IMG/VR virus record: IMGVR_UViG_2795385584_000001
Location: 21,334-85,333 of that record
Strand: one strand, 5' to 3'
Origin: a virus
Taxonomy: Duplodnaviria; Heunggongvirae; Uroviricota; Caudoviricetes
Length of the DNA: 64,000 nt
Positions 8,481-18,262 of the stretch are shown piece by piece. The notes below the pieces were generated by a model that saw only the letters and a program-made list of their open reading frames with translations, did not search any database and was not told the origin of the DNA. Position numbers and translations under genes: made by a program. The first letter of the stretch is position 1, and every line of letters begins with the position of its first letter.

Positions 8481-11400
8481 GGCTTAGGCAGTCCCGTCAT
8501 CCGGGTGTTCATCCGGTCGGGCGGCTTCACCAGGCCTCCTGGGTCGTTGATGGTGACGGGGCCGTAGAACGCGGCGCCGGTGGCGCTGCTGTTGTTGCTG
8601 TTCTGGTTGGTCGTGTAGTTGTTCCCGCCGGGGTTCTGGCTGTTGGGCAGGAAGTCGCCGACCTGAGGGAGCGCCGCCTGGAGTGCGTCACCGACTACGC
8701 CCATGCCGCCGTCGCCGAAGTCGAACTCTCCAAGACCCCCGTTGCCGGGTCCGGGGGCGCCGCCCGGGCCATGGCGGTTGTTGCGCATGGCCTGGGTACC
8801 CAAGGGGTTCTGCTGCTGTTGCTGCGGGCCGCCGAATGCGTTCTTGAGCATTCCACCGATGGCGTTGGCGCCTCCGGTGAACAGCTTGAAGATTCCCCAC
8901 TCCATGGGGTTGGAGAAGACGGAGCCGTCCAGGCCGAGCATCTCCATGGCGCCGGACATCATGTCCTTGGCGAAGCTCTTGCCGTCGGGGCCGCTGCCCG
9001 GTTGCTGGCCGTTGCGTCCACCGCGGCCCCGGGCGTCGGCGTCGTTGACCTGTTCCTGCTTGGTAGACAGGTCGTCCAGCGCGTCCTTGTGCTCGCGCTG
9101 CGCCCGGGATAGCCGTTCCTCGGCGGCTGCCTGCTCGGACGGCTTGACGTTCTTCTTGCCCTGGAGTTCGTCGAGCTTCCGTTGTGCCTGTTCGATGTCG
9201 AACTGCTTGTCCTGGACCTTCTGCTCTGCGTCACGCAGTTGACGTCGCTGGGCCGGGGATGCACCTCCCCCGCCGCTTCCTCCACCGCCGTAGCCGCCTG
9301 CCCCGCCCCCACCGCTGCCGGAGCCGTACATGCTGTAGCCGCCGCCAGCTGCGCCGCTGGGCCAGCCGTCGGGGTACATGGCGTTCATGGGGATGTACGC
9401 CTGGTTGGTGAATTGGGGGTCGTCGGCGCCTGCGGCGCCCGCGCCGACGGTGAACTTGCCTACGCTGCCGCCGGATTCAGCGTTGCGGCCATCGGGCAGC
9501 GTGACGGCCATGTGGCCGCCGCCGGGGCCGCCGTTCTTCCATCCGACGCGCAGGGTGCCTGCTGGTCCGCGGCCCATGATGGCGCCTCGGGCGGCGAGCC
9601 AATCGGCTGCATTACCGGTGGCCATCCGCTCGCCGTACAGGGGCTGCCCGACGGCGGCGTTGACAAGGACGGATGCGGCCCCGGAACAGTCGGTACCGGA
9701 TGGGCCGTGGCCGCCGCGGACGTAGGGCGCACCCGCCATGTCGTTGGCTGCGTCCTCTATCGAGATGGGACCTCCGCCCGCGTATCCGGGTATACCGGTG
9801 AGGATTCGCAGGAAGTTGGCGGACGGTACCCAGCCGCGGTTCATGGCGTTGATGAGCGGCATGTTGTCGCGTGTGGACTGCGCAGTGTTGATCGACTCTC
9901 GGTTGGATACCTTGATGAATCCACCTGCGCCACCGCCTATTACACGGGCGAGGATGGAGTCACTGGTGCCCGTCCCGGGGCCACTGATGACGCCGCGGCC
10001 GTCGACATGTCCACCGGAGGCGCGGCCTGGTACCTGCCCGGCGAGGGTGGCTGCACTGAATACGCCTTGCAATCCGGGCGGCAAGATCGCACCGAGCGAG
10101 TTGGCCAGTTTGAGATCTATAGGAAGGGTGGCGGTCGTGTTGTTGACCTTGTACACCAGGTCGTTGAAACGCTTCTGCGCCTCATCGGTTGCCGCGGTGA
10201 CCTTTACGATTCCGCCGGGCAGCTGCGTGACGGTGTACCCAAGTTCTTCGAGCTTCTTCTTCGTCTCGTCGTACTTCGCCGGGTCGACCTTGAGATCAAT
10301 GGACTTGTTGTTGGGTACCGACACGATGGCCGCGCCCAGGTCCTTGAACCGGGCGGCGCCTTCCTCGGTCGGCTTCCACAAGCCGTACTGGGCTTGTGCC
10401 ATGTCCCGCAACGACTGTGCACCCTTGTCCGTCTCACGCCGCTGCTCGTTGACGTTCTGAGTCAGCGTGATAAGCGACTCATTCGCGTCGGGCATTGCGT
10501 CGATGATCTGTTGCAGTCCAACGAGGTTTTGGTCACCGGGGTTGGCTGTGCGGTACTTTGCGATCTTCTCGTTGACGGTGTCCCAGCCGTTGCCCTCCTT
10601 GAGGAGTGCGTTGTACAGCTCGTCGGATGACACCCCCATGGCCTGGTACTGCTGCTGGATGACCTTCCAGTCCAGCTTGGTGCCGCCTGACCCGGTGATG
10701 GAGACCTTGTCCAGGCCCTCCCGGACGCCCTTGTCTAGTGCCAGCTTCTTGATGATGTCGTACGCCTGCGCGTTGCCCGTTCCAGTTGCAGCGTCTACCA
10801 ACATGTTTGGGTCGATGCCTAGGCCCTTGGCGCGCCCGATGTCGGTCGTCTTGTAAGGGTCTTCCTTACCGAACCGCTCGGCGGCCTTCCTGCGGGTTTC
10901 GTCGGTAACGCGACCGGTGTCCTGGTCCAGGGTGGCCCGCAATTCCTCTTCGGCCTGCTTCTGCTCCTGCGCCTTCTGCGCGGCCTTCTGGTGGGCGTCG
11001 GCGATCATGCCCATAGCAATGCCGACACCTGCTGCGGCGACGCCCCACGGACCACCGAGCATGGACAGCACCCCGGACCCAGCGAGCTTCATGCCGGTCA
11101 TGGCCGCCCCGGCGGTTCCGGCTGTGCGGGAGAAGAACAGGGACCGGTCGGCCGCCTGGTTGTAGCTGTCCCGCATCTGCGTGGCCCAGCCCCTTTGCGC
11201 GCGTGTTGATTCGCCAGCAGCGCGTGTCGTGTTCTCCATGGCCTGCTGCGCCTGCGCGGCGGGGGTGCGCCACCCGGCGAAGGCGGTGCCCCACGCCTGG
11301 GTGGCCTTGGCCGCAACCTGTAGAGCGGGAGCGGTCAGCTTGGACTTGAGGTACAGCGCCGTGAGGACAGCTACGAGACCGGTGGTGAGCCACTGGTTGT

Positions 11401-13186
11401 TGCCCAGGATGTCGGCCACCAGTTTCAGCGGCGGCTCCAACGCCTGCATGGCGAAACCTAGTGCACGCCAACCTGCTACAGCAGTTGCTCCGGCGCCCAT
11501 TGCGATGGCCTTGGACGCCGCAGCGAGAGAGGGGGCCAGGTCCTTGGCGGCGCTGGAGATGTCGCGCCAGCCCTGCCGGATCTGGTCGACCGCAGTACCG
11601 CTGCCGCCACCGCCGGTGCGGAGGTCACGCATAGCGTCGGCTGCCTTGTCGAGCCAGCCAGTCATCCCCCGACCTGCCGACTGCAACGACGGCGAAACCA
11701 GGTCGTAAAGGGCCAGCTTCGCACTCTCTGCGGTGTTCTTGAGTCCCTCGACGACGCCGGGTAGTCCCTGCATCTGGGCGGCGGCCATCTCGCTGGCGCC
11801 ACCGGCTCGGCCGACAGCCCGGAACATCTCGTCGAACATCTGGACTCCGCCACCGGCTGCGACCATGGCGGCGCGCATGGCGTCCGAGCCGAACAGGATG
11901 TTGGTGTCGGCCTGGAACTCCTCTTCGGTCATCCGCTTTGACGCTGCGGCAACCTGTTCCAGCATGGAGCGGTAGCCGACAAACTTGCCGGTGGTGTCGT
12001 ACAGGGTCAGTCCCAGGCTTTCGATGGCGCCCTGTGCGGGGTTGCCCTGGTCAGTGATGGCCTGGAGTGAGGTCTTGATGAGAGTGCCTGCATCGGAACC
12101 GCGGATACCGGCGTTGGCCAGGAGCCCGAGAGCGGTGATGGTGTCCTGGGCGGTCAACCCGAAGCCGTGGGCGACGGCACCGGCCTGTTGGAGGCCGAGG
12201 GCGAAGTCGCCGATGTCGCCGGTGGATGCGTTGGCGACGTTCGCCAACATGTCGGCCATATTGGCTGCCTGGTTGGCGTCCATTCCGAAGGCATGCAGGG
12301 CGTTGGCCTGAATCTTGGCTGCCTCTGCTGCGGATACCTGTGCGGCGGTTGCCAATTGCAGCGTGCCCCGGGCCGCTGACATGGACTGGTCGACGTCGAA
12401 TCCGCCCTTGGCGAGTTCGGTCATCGCCTGGGCTGCGTCGGAGGCCGATACTCCGGCGAGCTGGGTGTCGGCGCCCAGCTCGCGGGCGCGCCGAGATACG
12501 GCGGCTATCTGTTCAGGTAGGGCGCGAGTGACGCCCTGCATGGTGTTGAGGGCAGAGTCGAACGAAAGGCCGGTGTCGACAACACTTTTGACGGCGGCAA
12601 TGAAGCCGCCGCCTGCGGCCAGTGCTGCGCCGGTGTTGAGGGCGCGCTGGAAGCCCTGCGCGAAGCGGGCGCCGGAGTCCGAACCGTACGCCTCGGCCCG
12701 CATGATCAGCCCGGCGCCGAACGGCATCTTGACCTGGCCGGACGCCTGCGACTGCGACTTCTGCGCACGCTCCAGGTCCCGGGTGGCGCGGGTCAGGTTC
12801 TGTGTCGACAGCTCCTGCGCGCGCCGCGCCCGCGCCACTCCCTCCTCAGCAGTAGCCCGCTGAGTGGCCGTGGCCCTGCCCTTCTCGTTGAGTTCGTTGA
12901 GTCGTGTCTGGGCGACGGTGAGGCGGCCGGTGGCGTCCGCGTCTGCCTTCTTCGCAGTCGCCAGAGCCTTCTCGGCGCGTTCGACCTGGCGAAGTGCGTC
13001 GACGGCCGACTTACCGCTGGCGGCCAGGTTGCGGGCCATGTCGGCGCCCATGGTCCGGGTGGCACGCCCGAAGCGGCGTTCAGCGTCGCGGCCGATGCGT
13101 TCGACGCCCGCGGCAAGGCCGGACGCCTCGGGCATGAGTGGCACCCATACTTGTGCCAGTTCAACGGCGGCGACTGCTGGACTCAA
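8477..13186 (-). CDS. tape measure protein
   Basis: 1569 aa, Ala/Gly-rich helical, located after the G/T chaperone genes. Contains a GGHGPSGTDCSG peptidoglycan-hydrolase-like (NlpC/P60-type) motif and Gly-rich tracts. Confidence 0.85.
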   Translation of the reverse strand: MSPAVAAVELAQVWVPLMPEASGLAAGVERIGRDAERRFGRATRTMGADMARNLAASGKSAVDALRQVERAEKALATAKKADADATGRLTVAQTRLNELNEKGRATATQRATAEEGVARARRAQELSTQNLTRATRDLERAQKSQSQASGQVKMPFGAGLIMRAEAYGSDSGARFAQGFQRALNTGAALAAGGGFIAAVKSVVDTGLSFDSALNTMQGVTRALPEQIAAVSRRARELGADTQLAGVSASDAAQAMTELAKGGFDVDQSMSAARGTLQLATAAQVSAAEAAKIQANALHAFGMDANQAANMADMLANVANASTGDIGDFALGLQQAGAVAHGFGLTAQDTITALGLLANAGIRGSDAGTLIKTSLQAITDQGNPAQGAIESLGLTLYDTTGKFVGYRSMLEQVAAASKRMTEEEFQADTNILFGSDAMRAAMVAAGGGVQMFDEMFRAVGRAGGASEMAAAQMQGLPGVVEGLKNTAESAKLALYDLVSPSLQSAGRGMTGWLDKAADAMRDLRTGGGGSGTAVDQIRQGWRDISSAAKDLAPSLAAASKAIAMGAGATAVAGWRALGFAMQALEPPLKLVADILGNNQWLTTGLVAVLTALYLKSKLTAPALQVAAKATQAWGTAFAGWRTPAAQAQQAMENTTRAAGESTRAQRGWATQMRDSYNQAADRSLFFSRTAGTAGAAMTGMKLAGSGVLSMLGGPWGVAAAGVGIAMGMIADAHQKAAQKAQEQKQAEEELRATLDQDTGRVTDETRRKAAERFGKEDPYKTTDIGRAKGLGIDPNMLVDAATGTGNAQAYDIIKKLALDKGVREGLDKVSITGSGGTKLDWKVIQQQYQAMGVSSDELYNALLKEGNGWDTVNEKIAKYRTANPGDQNLVGLQQIIDAMPDANESLITLTQNVNEQRRETDKGAQSLRDMAQAQYGLWKPTEEGAARFKDLGAAIVSVPNNKSIDLKVDPAKYDETKKKLEELGYTVTQLPGGIVKVTAATDEAQKRFNDLVYKVNNTTATLPIDLKLANSLGAILPPGLQGVFSAATLAGQVPGRASGGHVDGRGVISGPGTGTSDSILARVIGGGAGGFIKVSNRESINTAQSTRDNMPLINAMNRGWVPSANFLRILTGIPGYAGGGPISIEDAANDMAGAPYVRGGHGPSGTDCSGAASVLVNAAVGQPLYGERMATGNAADWLAARGAIMGRGPAGTLRVGWKNGGPGGGHMAVTLPDGRNAESGGSVGKFTVGAGAAGADDPQFTNQAYIPMNAMYPDGWPSGAAGGGYSMYGSGSGGGGAGGYGGGGSGGGGASPAQRRQLRDAEQKVQDKQFDIEQAQRKLDELQGKKNVKPSEQAAAEERLSRAQREHKDALDDLSTKQEQVNDADARGRGGRNGQQPGSGPDGKSFAKDMMSGAMEMLGLDGSVFSNPMEWGIFKLFTGGANAIGGMLKNAFGGPQQQQQNPLGTQAMRNNRHGPGGAPGPGNGGLGEFDFGDGGMGVVGDALQAALPQVGDFLPNSQNPGGNNYTTNQNSNNSSATGAAFYGPVTINDPGGLVKPPDRMNTRMTGLPKP

Positions 13187-13497
13187 CCGGTTACTCCTTT
13201 CTTCATACCGATGACGCGGCCGGGCGACTCGCCCAGCGCGTAGTTGGCTGCGCGTAGTCGCTCGAAGTCCTCAAGTGACATCTCGTCGCAGGTGAGTAGC
13301 CCCGGCGGTGGTGGTCCCACCGGCCGCTCAGGTTGCGGCACAGGGGCGTTGGGGTCGACGCCCTCACGAGCGATCCGCTGGGGCATAGTGACCAGACCTG
13401 CGTGCTGCTCCATCTGGGCGGCCAGCAGGTGAGACTCCCGGGTCCACCCGCCGTGGATGGCGTGGTAGACGGCCGTGCCAGGGGGTGCGGCCAGCAC
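13183..13497 (-). CDS. tail assembly chaperone, T extension (-1 frame)
   Basis: Open frame continues upstream without a stop to ~13674, overlapping the end of the G gene in the -1 frame. Consistent with programmed frameshift expression. Confidence 0.4.
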   Translation of the reverse strand: MLAAPPGTAVYHAIHGGWTRESHLLAAQMEQHAGLVTMPQRIAREGVDPNAPVPQPERPVGPPPPGLLTCDEMSLEDFERLRAANYALGESPGRVIGMKKGVTG

Positions 13498-13616
13498 GAT
13501 GGACCCGAGTTTGGCGACTGGCAGCAGCCGGTCGTCGAAATCGGTGTCCTTGTCTAGCGATATGAGGTCGCGCTCGACCGCGTGCCAGTGCTGGCCGATG
13601 GCCCGGGTGAGCGCAC

Positions 13617-14015
13617 CTATTCCCCCGCGGTCAGTTTCGAGTCGGCGAACCAGGCGTCGAACACGGCCTTGTATTCATCATCGCCGAGGCCGACGACGCG
13701 GAGTTGGATTTCCTTGGGAACCCCTGCCCAGTCCATCCACTCGAACGCTTGGAAGGTCTCGTCGAGTTGGTATAGCGCCCACCAGAATTGGCGGGTAGGT
13801 GGCGTGATCTCCGAGTACTTCGGGAACTGGACGACGTACCCGTCGCTGGTCGTGAATTCGAACAGGGCCGTGCCGTCGGGGTACGGAGAAGGTGCCCCCG
13901 CCGAAGCGGGGGCCTCCTTCGTCTCGTCCACCGGTGCGTCGGCTGCCGCTGGTGCGGCTGCCTTCTTCGCGCCCGCTTTGCGGGGCGATGCCTTGCGCGC
14001 GGTGGTGGTGCTCAA
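13617..14015 (-). CDS. tail assembly chaperone (G)
   Basis: 132 aa, acidic, between the major tail gene and the tape measure gene. Confidence 0.5.
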   Translation of the reverse strand: MSTTTARKASPRKAGAKKAAAPAAADAPVDETKEAPASAGAPSPYPDGTALFEFTTSDGYVVQFPKYSEITPPTRQFWWALYQLDETFQAFEWMDWAGVPKEIQLRVVGLGDDEYKAVFDAWFADSKLTAGE

Positions 14016-14593
14016 ATCGTCACCACGCCGTCGTTCCAGTACTGGTAACCGTGGTTACCGTCGGCGTCGGGGAACGGCTTGAGCGTGCACTCGTAGGCCG
14101 CCAGTTCCGAGTGCGTCCACTTGATGGGCGCGACGGCGGTGATACGACCGATCGGGATGACCAGGCGCATGGAGATCAGGTTGTAGAAGCCGTCGAAAAC
14201 CCAAGCGCCCGTGTCCAGGAGCTTGGCGTTCAGTTCGGCCTTGATCTCCGTGCCGGACGTGGTGCTGGCCGGGGTGACGGTGACGTTGGATGCACCGTGC
14301 ACGGCCTTCTGCACGTCGACGTTGTTGACCTGGAGCAGCTTGAACTTGATTTCCAGGCCGTACTTTTCCTGGAGCACTGCGACCAGGTCGCCGCCCCAGT
14401 TGTACTCCTCCTGGTTCGACCGATCTTCGGTGCGTTCCAGGCCGTCCTTGCCGACGTGGCCAAGGTTGTTGAAGGCCACTGCGGGGGCGCCGACAGCGGT
14501 GGTCGGCAGGGTCGTGCCGACCGGTGCACGCAGGACGCCGCCGGTGACCCGCGGGGACGGGGCGGCCAGCTCCAGCACATTGTTGAGAGCCAT
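14012..14593 (-). CDS. major tail protein
   Basis: 193 aa, position just upstream of the chaperone pair. Confidence 0.6.
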   Translation of the reverse strand: MALNNVLELAAPSPRVTGGVLRAPVGTTLPTTAVGAPAVAFNNLGHVGKDGLERTEDRSNQEEYNWGGDLVAVLQEKYGLEIKFKLLQVNNVDVQKAVHGASNVTVTPASTTSGTEIKAELNAKLLDTGAWVFDGFYNLISMRLVIPIGRITAVAPIKWTHSELAAYECTLKPFPDADGNHGYQYWNDGVVTI

Positions 14594-14669
14594 GCGGGGC
14601 TTTCCTCTCGTGATATGCGAAAGGCCGCCCCGGACGGGACGGCCTGATCTCCCGCGCGGGGGCGGTGAG

Positions 14670-15107
14670 TTATGGGGTGATGGGTGAGCCGATGGGTTGG
14701 CCCTGGACGCGCCAGGTGACCATCGACCGGTATCGAGGTGTCGCCACGTTCGGGTCCTTCGACTCGTGCGTCAGGCTTGTGGCGCGTGCCCAGACGACGT
14801 ACCAGGTGTCGATGGTGAGACCGGTCGCGGCGTCCATGAGCGCTGTCGCGGTCCGCGAGATATTGGACGCTTCAACCTCATCGGGGTGATAGCCGAACAG
14901 GATGAGGTCGAGGTCCCATTCGAGGAGGTTGGCGCGGGAGCCGCCGCCGAACTCGACTCGCAGGAACCCGTCAGGCAAGGTGGCATCTGTTCGGGTGGGC
15001 GGCAGTTTGGAGCCGACTGGAACCGTCAGGGCGGGTTGGGGTGTCAGGTACGCGACTGCCAGCGCCACCATGTCCGCTGGCAGCATCGCCGGATACAGGG
15101 CGGGCAT
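14670..15107 (-). CDS. tail terminator-like protein
   Basis: Position between the connector genes and the major tail gene. Confidence 0.35.
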   Translation of the reverse strand: MPALYPAMLPADMVALAVAYLTPQPALTVPVGSKLPPTRTDATLPDGFLRVEFGGGSRANLLEWDLDLILFGYHPDEVEASNISRTATALMDAATGLTIDTWYVVWARATSLTHESKDPNVATPRYRSMVTWRVQGQPIGSPITP

Positions 15108-15412
15108 CAGCGACCCCGTAACCCAGCGATCAGCTTGAGGAGCCGCGAGTTGGCTGCGTCGTCTCGGCGTGCTGCGTACGAAGCGGCGACGATGAAGATA
15201 CGCGGACGCTGCGTATTAGGATCGCGTTGCACGACAATGGTGTAGCCGTCTGGTAGTCCTTCGGCGGCCTGCCGGGCGATCTGCTCGACGTACTCGCCGT
15301 AGGCGTGGCGGATCTTGCGGAACCCTGCCATGTTGTACTTGATGCGTACGGCCACTAGCCGACTCGCTTGAGCGAGATTTCCCCGCCGAACATCTGCGAG
15401 TACTTCCGCCAC
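15107..15412 (-). CDS. head-tail connector component
   Basis: Small ORF in the head-tail joining block. Confidence 0.3.
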   Translation of the reverse strand: MAEVLADVRRGNLAQASRLVAVRIKYNMAGFRKIRHAYGEYVEQIARQAAEGLPDGYTIVVQRDPNTQRPRIFIVAASYAARRDDAANSRLLKLIAGLRGR

Positions 15413-15732
15413 GGCCCGTTGCGCCAGTCACCGTCAGCTCCCATGCCGACGACATCAAAGCGGGCGCCGTGGATGTCGACCTGGTCCTGGGTTTTGTAGA
15501 CCGTTGGGTCTTTCACCAGCATTGTCAGCTCGGCGATGTGCCGGGCCACGTACTCCGGTGCTACCGGCTCGACCCTGTCGGCTGCGCGTTCACCGCGGGG
15601 GTAGAAGGCCATCGCCCGCCGTGGCGTCGGCGCCTCTGCGACGCCGCCAATGGTGTTGCCGTGGGCGTTCTTTCCCGCTGTCGCGCTGTACGGGTAGTGC
15701 GCGATGTCGTAGGGCTCGGGGAAGATACTCAC
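15355..15732 (-). CDS. head-tail connector component
   Basis: 125 aa, head-tail joining block. Confidence 0.35.
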   Translation of the reverse strand: MSIFPEPYDIAHYPYSATAGKNAHGNTIGGVAEAPTPRRAMAFYPRGERAADRVEPVAPEYVARHIAELTMLVKDPTVYKTQDQVDIHGARFDVVGMGADGDWRNGPWRKYSQMFGGEISLKRVG

Positions 15733-16283
15733 GCGATGGCCTGGATGCGGTAGTCGGCCAGCCGGGACTTGTGGTCGTCGTTGAGCGACAGACCCGAGGT
15801 GCCCTTGAACTTGATGCGGAACGGGCCGCCGGTGGCCTCGGTGGCTACCGATGACGGCAGCTCGATGCCGCTGGACGCCAACTCCAGGATTACCGCTTTC
15901 ACCGCCAGCGGTACCTCTGGGTAGCCGTGAGTGAAGGTGACGTAGGCGTAGCGCGGCGAGGGCAGCCCGAAGACTGGCCAGTACCGGCCGCGCGGCCAGG
16001 TGGTGCGGGTCCGTGTAATGAATCCCGCCTCGTCCCAGTCGTATTCATCTGGTTCGAGTACCTGGCCGTCGACCTTCACGGACTCAACGTCGGTGACATG
16101 CAGGGAATGCAGCATGATGATGCCGCGCTCCCCAATTTCGCATCGCCGATCCACCTCACGGCGAGACGGTGCGATGTGCCAGTCGCAGTAGTCCCGCACC
16201 GCCGATTCAGCGGTGTCGAGGAACCACTGCCGGTCACCAGCCTCGAACTTGCCGAGGTCAGTTGTCGTTACCAGGTCCGCCAT
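15729..16283 (-). CDS. head-tail adaptor-like protein
   Basis: Start MADLVTTTDL; follows the capsid-proximal genes. Confidence 0.4.
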   Translation of the reverse strand: MADLVTTTDLGKFEAGDRQWFLDTAESAVRDYCDWHIAPSRREVDRRCEIGERGIIMLHSLHVTDVESVKVDGQVLEPDEYDWDEAGFITRTRTTWPRGRYWPVFGLPSPRYAYVTFTHGYPEVPLAVKAVILELASSGIELPSSVATEATGGPFRIKFKGTSGLSLNDDHKSRLADYRIQAIA

Positions 16284-16599
16284 CAGCGGCCTTGGTCTCC
16301 TCAGTCTTCGCCTGTGCCGGTGCAGATTCCGACTTGGCGGCGGTTGCCTTGGCGGGCGCGGACTTACCGGGCTTGGCGGCTGCGTTGTCGGATGCGGGCG
16401 GGGTTGCCTTCTCCGGCGCCGCGGGGGCGACCTTGTTCTCGACCGGCGGGGCGGGCTCGACCGGGTCAATGTCTGCGCGCCACTCGGCGAGCTTCGCGTC
16501 GATGGCGGAGGTGTCTTCGCCGAGGGACGCCAGCAATTCGCGCTTGGTCTCCAGTGCCGCGACGGTGTCCGCGACGGCGTCGCGCTTCTGTACTGCCAT
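16258..16599 (-). CDS. Ala/Pro/Lys-rich hypothetical head protein
   Basis: 113-aa ORF directly downstream of the capsid gene. Confidence 0.35.
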   Translation of the reverse strand: MAVQKRDAVADTVAALETKRELLASLGEDTSAIDAKLAEWRADIDPVEPAPPVENKVAPAAPEKATPPASDNAAAKPGKSAPAKATAAKSESAPAQAKTEETKAADGGPGNDN

Positions 16600-16689
16600 G
16601 GGATTTCAGCTCCTATGTTGTTGTCGTGCCGGGGTGCTGGGCGCACCCACCGCCCCGGGGTACGGGACGGTGGGTGGCCTAGCGGTGGG

Positions 16690-18069
16690 TCAGAAAGCGG
16701 GCGGGGTCAGTCCGCCGATCTCGACCACGGACTGCGGGTAGCGCCCGGCGGTGAAGGCCAGGTAGCCGTACACCTGGAGGCACACCGTCAGGTTCTTCGC
16801 GCCCGGCTCCGGCAGGGTGCGGGTACGGATACCCGACTCGAACAGCAGCAGGTCCGCGGAGCGCTGCACGTACACAACGTCCTCGTTGGTGCCGGTGCCG
16901 TACGCGGTGCCGATGTTGGGGTCGGTCACCACCGGCAGGCCCTGGAGCTGGCCGACCACCTGCTGGGACGCGACGGCGTCCAGGGTGGCGAGGGCGTTCT
17001 GCGGCGCGTTGGCCGCAGGCAGCACGAGCGGACGCTGGTCGCCGTCCAGCGACGCGGTGAGCCAGCCCCAACGGCGTGGGTGCATCACGATGTGCGTCGG
17101 GGGCAGGAACCGGCTGGTGTGTACCCGCTGGATCGCATCGGCGATGGCCGCGTAGAACGAGGCCACCGTCAGCGCGGTGATGGCGATGGTGCCGATGCCC
17201 GGGGTGCCGTGGACACCCAGCACCTGGCCGCTGGCCCCGGAACCTGCGAGGACCTGGAGGTCCAGCTTGGTGCCGAAGTCGGCGATCAGATCCTGGAAGA
17301 CGACCTCGTCGAAGTTGACGGGCGATTGATCCAGGAGCTGGATGGCGACGTCCTGCTGACCGGCGACGGTCCGCACCTTGGCCTCGATGAAGTTGTCGTC
17401 GAGGTCCTGCTCGGCGACGGCCGCGTTATCGGCCGTCTGTACAGCAGTCGCGGTCCCCGCGGTGACCTTGGGGATGTTGATGCTGTCGGTGCCGGATGGC
17501 AGCGGCTGCGAGGTGACCAGGTTGGCGTAGGCGCGGCCAGCGCGCGCCAGGGGCACGTACTGGTTGACCAGCCAGGCCGGGGGCACGAAGTAGCCGCCGT
17601 TGCCGTCGGTGCGGTCCAGGTCCCGGTACTCGGCGTCGTTGGCGACGTCCTGGGCGTGACGCTGGAGCCGTTCCAGGCTCTGGCCGTTGGGGTCCATGTT
17701 CCGCTGGACCCGCATGAGGTCCTGGAGGTAGGACCGGCCGTTGCCCTTGGCGTAGGCAGCTGCCTCCTTGACCGACTCGACCCGGGCCTGTGCGCGACGG
17801 ACCTTGGCGGCCTCGTCGCTCAGCTTCCCGGACCGCTCGATTTCGTCGGACAGCTCCTGGATGCGCTCGTTGTAGCCCGCGATCTCGCCCTGCTTGGCCT
17901 TGATCTCGGCAGACTTGGCGCGGAATTCGACGTCTTCCTCAGGGGTGAGGTCCTGGCGGGCCTCTTCCTTGACGATGTCGGTGATGGCCGTCCGCTTCGC
18001 GAGCAGGGTCTCCAGCTCGGACTCGGCCTTGGCGCGCAGCTCCATGAGCCGCTTGAGACGTTCCTCCAT
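16690..18069 (-). CDS. major capsid protein with N-terminal coiled-coil (scaffold/delta) domain
   Basis: N-terminus MEERLKRLMELRAKAESELE is coiled-coil; position after the protease; HK97-like architecture inferred. Confidence 0.75.
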   Translation of the reverse strand: MEERLKRLMELRAKAESELETLLAKRTAITDIVKEEARQDLTPEEDVEFRAKSAEIKAKQGEIAGYNERIQELSDEIERSGKLSDEAAKVRRAQARVESVKEAAAYAKGNGRSYLQDLMRVQRNMDPNGQSLERLQRHAQDVANDAEYRDLDRTDGNGGYFVPPAWLVNQYVPLARAGRAYANLVTSQPLPSGTDSINIPKVTAGTATAVQTADNAAVAEQDLDDNFIEAKVRTVAGQQDVAIQLLDQSPVNFDEVVFQDLIADFGTKLDLQVLAGSGASGQVLGVHGTPGIGTIAITALTVASFYAAIADAIQRVHTSRFLPPTHIVMHPRRWGWLTASLDGDQRPLVLPAANAPQNALATLDAVASQQVVGQLQGLPVVTDPNIGTAYGTGTNEDVVYVQRSADLLLFESGIRTRTLPEPGAKNLTVCLQVYGYLAFTAGRYPQSVVEIGGLTPPAF

Positions 18070-18183
18070 GGAGGTTCGTTCCTTTCGTGGATGCCCCTGG
18101 GGGCGTTTGGATTTGCAATGGGGGCGGCCCGAGCGGGGCACCGGCGGCCCCGGGCGGGGGCAGGCCGTTCGACCCGGCGCACG

Positions 18184-18213
18184 AAAAAGGCCCCCGGGGT
18201 GTCGGGGGCCTTG
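18184..18213 (-). terminator. intrinsic terminator/attenuator hairpin between protease and capsid genes
   Basis: Perfect 9-bp GC stem (ggcccccgg/ccgggggcc) followed on the minus-strand RNA by UUUUUCG. Confidence 0.45.
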
Positions 18214-18262
18214 TGGTTGGTGCGTCGGGTGGAATTTGTGGGGCGCCTACTGGCGCCGGGTG

